Shown: one piece after another, positions 57,440 through 64,000 of the stretch | How positions within the stretch are numbered: the first letter of the stretch is position 1 | How the letters are laid out: each line of letters begins with the position of its first letter | From: Hypanus sabinus | Taxonomy: Eukaryota | DNA: 64,000 bases | Direction: 5' to 3' | Assembly: GCF_030144855.1 (NCBI RefSeq) | Contig: NC_082707.1 | Coordinates: 36,394,001 to 36,458,000, forward strand | Notes under the pieces: generated by a model | The model's input: only the letters and a program-made list of their open reading frames with translations | What the model was told of the DNA's origin: nothing | Database searches by the model: none | Translations under genes and position numbers: made by a program

Positions 57440-59290
57440 CAAAGCAACACATGCAACAAGCTGGAGGAACTCAGCAGGTCGGGCAGCATCTGTGGAAATG
57501 AGCAGTCAACGTTTCAGGCCGAGACCCTTCATCAGGACTGAAGAGGGAGGGGACAGGGGCCCTATAAAGAGGGTGGGGGGAGGGTGGGAAGCAGAAGGCT
57601 GGTAGGTGCCAGGTGAAAAACCAATCAGAGGAAAGATCAAGGGGTGGGGGAGGGGAAGCAGGGAGGGATAGGCAGGAAAGGTGAAGAAGGAATGTAAGGA
57701 AAAAGCACTATGGGTAGTAGAAGGTAGAATCATGAGAGAGGTGATAGGCAGCTGGAAGAGGAGGCAGAGTGAAACTGGGATGGGGGAATGGAGAGGGAGG
57801 GAATCACAGGAAGTTGGAGAATTCAATTTTCATGCCAAGGGGCTGGAGACTACCTTGATGATTTTTGAGGTGTTGCTCCTCCAACCTGAGTTTGGCCTCA
57901 TCATGGCAGTAGAGGAGGCCATGTATGGACATATCCGAATGGAAATGTGAAGCAGAGTTGAAATGGGTGGCAGCCGGGTGGAGGTGCTCGACAAAGCAGT
58001 CCCCCAATCTGCGTCGGGTCTCGCCGATGAAGAGAAGGCTGCACCAGGAGCACCGGATGCAATAGATAATCCCAACAGTCTCACAAGTGAAGTGTTGCCT
58101 CACCTGGAAGGACTATTTGGGGCCCTGAATGGTGGTAAGAGAGGAGGTGTAGGGCCAGGTGTAGCACTTACGCTGGCAGGGTTAAGTACCAGGTGGGAGA
58201 TCTGTGGGGAGGGACGTGTGGGCCAGGCAGTTATGGAGGGAACAACCCCTGCGAACAGTGGAAAGGGGTAGAGGGGGAAAGATGTGCTTAGTGGTGGGGT
58301 CCTGTTGAAGGTGGCAGAAGTTGCGGAGGATAATATGCTGGATCCGGAGGCTGGTGGGGTGGTAGGTGAGGACAAGGGGAACATGGTCCCTGTTGTGGTG
58401 ACAGGAGGATGGGGTGAGGGCCAAAGTGCGGGAAATGGAGGAAATGCGGGTGAGGGCATCATTGTTGATGGCAGAAGGGAAACCACGATCCTTAAAGAAA
58501 GAGGACATTTGAGATGTCCTGGAACTGAAAGCCTCATCCTGGGAGCAGATGCGGCAGAGAAGGAGGAATTGGGAATAGGGAATGGCATTTTTGCATTTGG
58601 CAGGGTGGGAAGAGGTATAGTCAAGATAGTTATGAGAGTCAGTGGGTTTGTAGAAGATGTCAGTGGACAGTCTGTCTCCGGAGATGGAGACTGAGAGATC
58701 GAGAAAGGGGAGAGAAGTGTCTGAGATGGACCAGGTGAATATGAGGGCTGGGTGAAAGTTAGAGGTAAAGTCGATGAAATTGACGAGCTCAGCATGGGTG
58801 CAGGAACAGCACCAATGTAGTCAATAATGTAGCAAAGGAAAAGTTGCAGTACCAGTATAGGTTTGGAGCATAGACTATTCCACATAACCCACGAAGAGGC
58901 AGGCAAAACTGGGGCCCATGCAAGTGCCCATAGCTACACCCTTGGTCTGAAGAAAGTGGGAAGAGCCAAAAGAGAAGTTATTAAGTGTGAGTACCAGTTC
59001 CGCCAACCGGAGGAGTGTGGTGGTGGTAGGGAACTGGTGAGGTCTACTGCCAAGAAAGTAGCGGAGGGCTTTGGCCTTCTTTATGGGGAATGGAGGTGTA
59101 TAAGGATTGGACATCCATAGTGAAAATGAAGTGGTCGGGACCAGGAAACTGGAAGTTATTGAAGAGGTGGAGGCACCTATTGAGGCGATAGGCAGATTAA
59201 AGGCACCAGAGAGGAAGTTGGAGGGAAAGCAATGTATCCATTTGCTGTGGATCATATGGGAAAGAGAAAAATAGATGGGAAGGGGAATCT
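57440..59290 (-). mobile_element. Penelope-like retroelement (RT and GIY-YIG endonuclease), 5'-truncated, frameshifted
   Basis: LAELVLTLNNFSF..GVAMGTCMGPSFA; VPLVLTYHP; IIYCIRC..LFIGET..EHL..HFNS. Confidence 0.92.
57503..57540 (-). ncRNA. Minimal type I hammerhead ribozyme motif in the PLE terminus
   Basis: CAGUC-CUGAUGA-AGG(GUCUCGG)CCU-GAAA-C-GUU-GACUG: stems I and II pair; helix III is the palindrome ACGU. Confidence 0.65.
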
Positions 59291-59292
59291 GT

Positions 59293-60380
59293 TGCAGAAA
59301 TATGAGGAAGTGAAAGGTTGGATTAGTAAGTTTGCAGATGACATGAAAGTCGGTGGTGTTGCAGATAGAGCCAAAAGTTGTTGCGGGTTTTACACAAATT
59401 GACAGGATACAGAGCTGGGCTGAGAAGTGGAAAAGTGTGAAGTGATACACTTTGGAACGTCAAACTTGAAGGCGGAGTACAGAGTTAACTGCCAATTCTT
59501 AGCACTGAGGAGGAACATGGAGACCTTTGGGTCCAAGTCCATATATCTCCTAAAGTTGCCAGGGAAGTTGATAGAGTAATCAAGATGGTGTATGGAATGT
59601 TGGCTTTCATTGTTGGGGGATTGAATTCGAGAGTCCCAAGGTAATGTTGCAGTTCTATTAAACTCTGGAAAGACTACACTTGGAGTACTGGTCACTTCAT
59701 GATGGGAAGGATGGATAGGCTTTAGAAAGGTTCCAGGGGAGGTTTACCAGCATGCTGCCTAGATTTGAAAGTGTATCTTAAGAGGAAAGGTTGAGTGTGC
59801 TAGGGCTATTCTTTGCAGTGAAAGAGGATGATAACGGACTTGACAAATGTGTACAAAAGGGCAACTGATATATTGAGCGGTCAGCCAGCGACTTTTTCCC
59901 AGGACCCAAACAGTGTATATGAGGTGGAATCATTTTAAGGTGGTTCGAGGAGGGATCTCAGAGGCAGCTTATTACACAGAAGTGCTAGGGCCAGGGTTGC
60001 TGATAGAGGCAAATACATTAGGGACATTTAAAAGACTCTCAGCTAGGCATTAGGGTGAAACAAAAATTGGGGGCTATGGTGGAGGGAAAGCTGGCCGGTG
60101 CTGTAGTGGCATCAGCACCAGACTTCGAGGTAAATGGTCCTGAGTTCAAATCCGGCTGGATCCTTGCACGCTTTCCATGCATGCAGGGTTGAGTATCGAG
60201 CTAGCAACTTGGCCTCATTAGAAAGATAGTCAAATGCTACGGGAATGGCAAAAAATGCCACCCGATACTCCACAAGGCGTGATAAGGAACAACAGTGGGT
60301 GAGGGAAGGATTAGATTGATCTTTGAGTATGTTTAAAAGTCAGCACAATATTGCAGGCTGAAGGGCCTGGACTATGCTGT
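59293..60380 (+). mobile_element. CR1 RT to 3' end
   Basis: ISKFADDMKVGGV; CR1 C-terminus and tail; interrupted by a SINE. Confidence 0.8.
60091..60295 (+). mobile_element. Short tRNA-derived SINE
   Basis: A-box-like GCTGTAGTGG, B-box GAGTTCAAATCC, tail GGAACAACA; splits a CR1 3' UTR. Confidence 0.6.
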
Positions 60381-60623
60381 TCTATACTCTGTGACGTCCG
60401 GTGGCGCTAAATTGTTGATTTTCATTCTCTGGGACTCTAGATCTAAGACTGATGAGTAAGAGGCACAAATTAAAATAAGCATATACAATCTAATGGCCAT
60501 TCTGGAGAATAGTTGCAAAGTAACCAAGGTCAGGAATCAAATAATCGAAGAGTTCTAACAATTAGAGTAAACAGGATAGAAAAAAAGGCATTGTCCTAAC
60601 AATAAATAAAAGGATAAATGTAG

Positions 60624-60755
60624 CCTGACGAAGGGTCTCGGCCCGAAACGTCGACAGCGCTTCTCCCTATTGATGCTGCCTGGCCTGCTGTGTTCCACCA
60701 GCATTTTATGTGTGTTGCTTGACTTTCCAGCATCTGCAGATTTCCTCGTGTTTGC
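60624..60755 (+). mobile_element. 132-bp Penelope-like terminus with 13-bp TSD
   Basis: TSD AGGATAAATGTAG at 60611-23 and 60756-68; begins at CCTGACGAAGGGTCTCGGCCCGAAACGTCGAC. Confidence 0.88.
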
Positions 60756-60899
60756 AGGATAAATGTAGTAGATGCGACAGATTTTAGCTCAGAAGATCAA
60801 GAGGTAGAATTATTTTGGGGGAAGCTAAAAGAACAGCAAGGAAAAGGAAGCAAGAAAGGAAGAATTTTTTTTTATACAGATTGCAAGTTGTTGATGTTC

Positions 60900-61790
60900 T
60901 TGTATGTGAGTTACTTTAGATTAGATGCTAATATGTGAGCAAGGCTTTTCTCTTTGGTGATGAGTAGGATGAGAGGCGACATGATAAAAGTGTATAGGAT
61001 GAGAGGCATAGAGTAGACAACCAGAATACTTTTCACATGTTAGCAAGACCAATACCAGAGGACATGCATTTCAGATTGGTGATGTAAAGTTTAGGAATAG
61101 GTCAGAGGTAAGTTTTTAAACACAGAGAGTGGAAAGTGCCTGGAATGGGCTATTGGTAGGGATTGATACAATAGGGCATTTAAGGGAATCTCAAATAGAT
61201 ATATGGATGTAAGAAAAATCCAAGTTTAACTTCAAGTTAAAGATTAATTGTCATTCAACCATACACATGTTTACAACTAAATGAAACAGAATTTCTCTGG
61301 GGCCAAGGTGCAAAACACAGTACTTACAGTCACACAGATCACACAGCACATATAGCTATGATAACACCTAGTCCAAAAAAGATAATAGTAGCATGGCCTG
61401 AAGATTGATGGTGCATGGGATGTTGTCCTAGAGTCACATTTCTGCAGGAACAAGTATGCAGCAGTCTCCCATCTCAGACTGCTTCAGCAGATAGAGGTAA
61501 ATCAGCTTGTCTCCTGCAGGGTAGCCATAGGCAATCCAGCTTGCTTCCAGGGACTGAACACTGGACAGCCCCCCACCCAATGTGACTGCTCACCTCTGCT
61601 CCCTCCAGCACCTCCTCCCCAGGTTGGCGGTAACAGGAGATGTCGCGGGTTGAGGGTCTGGTCTGCAGAACTGAGGACACGCAGCTCCCTTGTCATCGGT
61701 CTCATCAATGAACTGGACGCAGTATTTTATATTACCAATGTCCTACAGGGTCTTGCGATCACAAGAGAAATGTTGAAGACAAACATTTGC
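60900..61790. mobile_element. CR1 3' fragment (+) followed by a Rex1/Babar-type tail fragment (-)
   Basis: CR1 GATGAGAGGC..ACACAGAGAGTGG; TTCAAGTT..TTAATTGTCATTCAACC tail from ~61225. Confidence 0.6.
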
Positions 61791-62134
61791 ACTAATTGTT
61801 GGACCCCAGAGAAGCCGTTATGAGCAAGCGCACTGCCATATTTTGAAAAGGTGGAGGGTTATAGAAAAAGGGAGGGTTAGAGGCTGTGCTGGAGGGAAGG
61901 ATTAAATTAACTGCAGTGCAAGTTGGACAATCAGACCAGGGTAGGACTGTTATAGTCAATGGAGGGCACTGATGGGTGTTGTGGAACAAAGGTCCTGGGA
62001 GTGCAAGTGCACAATTTACTAAAGACAGCCACAAGTGGAGAGGTGGTGAAAAAGATACTTAGCATGGTGGTTTTTATTAGACAGGGCATTAAGTTCATGA
62101 ACATTATGTTTCGGTTATATTAGTTATTCTGGTG

Positions 62135-64000
62135 GCCCAATCAGTGGCAGGAGCAGGCAACAAGATTCTTTGCAGGCCAGCGATGCTTGTTTGAAAGTAC
62201 AAAAGGGACGGGTGGGGGGCAGCCACTATCGAGAGTAGGCCAGTGGTGTGAGTAGAAGTGTCCGGCTTTGGCTCTGGGTAGGCTACTGTTAAGGCTCCCT
62301 TTTTTCTCTTTTACTGCACCTAGTGTAGTAAATGGCTGTTGTGTGTTCTTCATGCCAGATGTTGGGAGTCCTGGGAGATCCAGAGTCTCCCGGGGAACTA
62401 CATCTGCGTGAAGTGCATCTGGCTGCAGCTTCTTGAAGACCGTATTAGGGATCCGGAGCAGCAGCTGGATGACCTTCGGCTTGTATGGGAGAGAGAGGAG
62501 ATAATGTCCCATACAGAGTTACAGGAAAGTAGTCACCCTGAAGCTGCAGGAGGCGAGTAGCTGGGTGACTGTCAGGAGAAATGGAAATGTGAATAGGCAG
62601 CTAGTGCAGAGCACCCCTGTGGCCATTCCCCTCAGTAATAAGTATACTGTTTTGGATACTGTAGTGGGGGATGATCTCCCAGGGGAATGCCACGGAGACT
62701 GGGTTACTGGCAGTCTATGATGCAGAAGGGAAAAAGGGAGAAGAGGGGAATGGTAGTGATAGGGGACTTAACAGTCAGAGGAACAGACAGGAGGTTCGGT
62801 GGACTTGAACAAGACAGCTGAATAGTATGTTACTTCCCAGGTGCCAGGCTCAGGGACTTCACAGATCATGTCTACATTATTTTGGAGTGGGAGGAAGAGC
62901 AGCCAAAGGTCTTGGTGCATGTTGGTACCAATACCATAGGAAGGATAAGCAAGGATCCTGAAAAGAGAATTGAGAGAGCTAGGCAGAAAGCTGAGAAGCA
63001 GAACCTCCCAGATAGTAATTTCCGGATGGCTACCTATGCCACACACCAGTGAAGGTAGAAACAAGTTAACTTGGCAGATTAATGTGTGGCTGAGAAGCTG
63101 GTGCAGAGGGCAGAGGTTCTTGGATCATTGGGAACTCTTCTGGGGGAGGTATGACCTGTTCAAAAGTGACGGGTTGCACCCGAACCTAAGGGGGACCAAT
63201 ATTCTCGCGAGCAGGTTTGTTAGAGCTATTGGGGAGGGTTTTAAACTAATTTGGCAGAATGGTGGGACCAGAGTAAAGGGACTGAGGATAGTATGGATGG
63301 TAAAAAGGCAAAGATAGTGTACAGTCAGACTGTCAGGAAGATCAGGCAGATGACAGGACAAAATTACAGCCAGCAGGGTGAGTATCAGTGCATTAGGGAT
63401 GCAAAATCAAAAAGGGTAGCAAATACAGAACTCAAAGTGTTATATATAATCTCAACACACAAAGTATAAGATATAAGGTGGATGATCTTGTTACAATATT
63501 ACAGATTGTCAGGTATGATGTTGCATCCTTCATGGCTGAAGGATGGTTGCAGCTTGGAACTGAATATCCAAGGTTACACGATGTATTGCAGGAATAAGAA
63601 AGTAAGCAGAGGGGGTAGTGTGGCTCTACTGGTAAAGAAAGGCGTCAAATCAGTAGAAAGGCGTGACATAGGATCGGATTGAATCATTCATAGGATTGAA
63701 TCATTGTGAGTTGAGTTAAGATACTGCAAGGGTAAAAAGACCCTGATGACAGTTATACACAGGCCTCCCAACAGTAGCTGGGATGTGGACCACAGATTAC
63801 AATGGGAAATAGAAAAGGTGTGTCAAAAGGGCAATGTTATGATAGTCATGGGAGAGTTTAACATGCAGGTTGTTTGGGAAAATTGGGTTGGTAATGGATC
63901 TCAAGAGAGCGAGTTTGTTGAATGCCGATGAGATGGCTTTTTAGAGCAGTTTGTCATTAAGTCTATTAGGGAAATAGCTACACTGGATTGGGTGTTGTTA
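62135..64000 (+). mobile_element. CR1 LINE 5' part: ORF1 (zinc finger, SGNH esterase) and start of ORF2 endonuclease
   Basis: C..CWE..YICVKC; HVGTN; DGLHPN..GTNILA; IHRPPNS..VMGEFN; runs off the window. Confidence 0.88.

Noticed and set aside
56985-57605. 206-aa plus ORF, and similar ones at 26959-27312 and 44446-44853
   Set aside because: Antisense or junction-spanning frames of LINE fragments.
58100-58906. 268-aa Ser/Pro-rich minus ORF and overlapping Gly-rich plus ORFs
   Set aside because: Alternative frames of the Penelope-like RT region.
1607-60755. Recurrent GATGCTGCCTGGCCTGCTG..CCAGCATTTTGTGTG repeats as a CRISPR-like array
   Set aside because: Dispersed on both strands with no regular spacers, in a eukaryote; they are PLE termini.

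Overview
Eukaryotic, repeat-dense vertebrate genomic DNA. The repeat families (V-SINE, CR1, Rex1/Babar, Penelope-like termini) suggest a cartilaginous fish, probably a ray; this is an inference. The only host gene I can support is a + strand, multi-exon PD-1 (PDCD1)-like checkpoint receptor at ~3.3-24.3 kb. Three exons are well supported: an IgV exon (5333-5689), a stalk/TM exon (14288-14458) and a last exon with VDYAVL and SYYATI motifs (24135-24278). A 41-nt exon (16770-16810) supplies the frame shift those exons require and adds a third tyrosine motif, TVYASL. Five further small exons (three leader, two stalk) are phase-consistent candidates and would give a 9-exon, 912-nt, 303-aa model; this needs RNA evidence. 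The rest is transposable elements: CR1, Rex1/Babar, L1 and RTE LINE fragments; a Penelope-like element and fold-back derivatives with minimal hammerhead motifs; three Ty3/Gypsy relics (one lacking its RT core and 5' LTR); twin solo LTRs; Tc1 and pogo/Tigger DNA transposons; and SINEs. Nothing prokaryotic and no CRISPR array. TE boundaries are approximate unless a TSD is quoted, and family names come from recognised motifs, not database searches.
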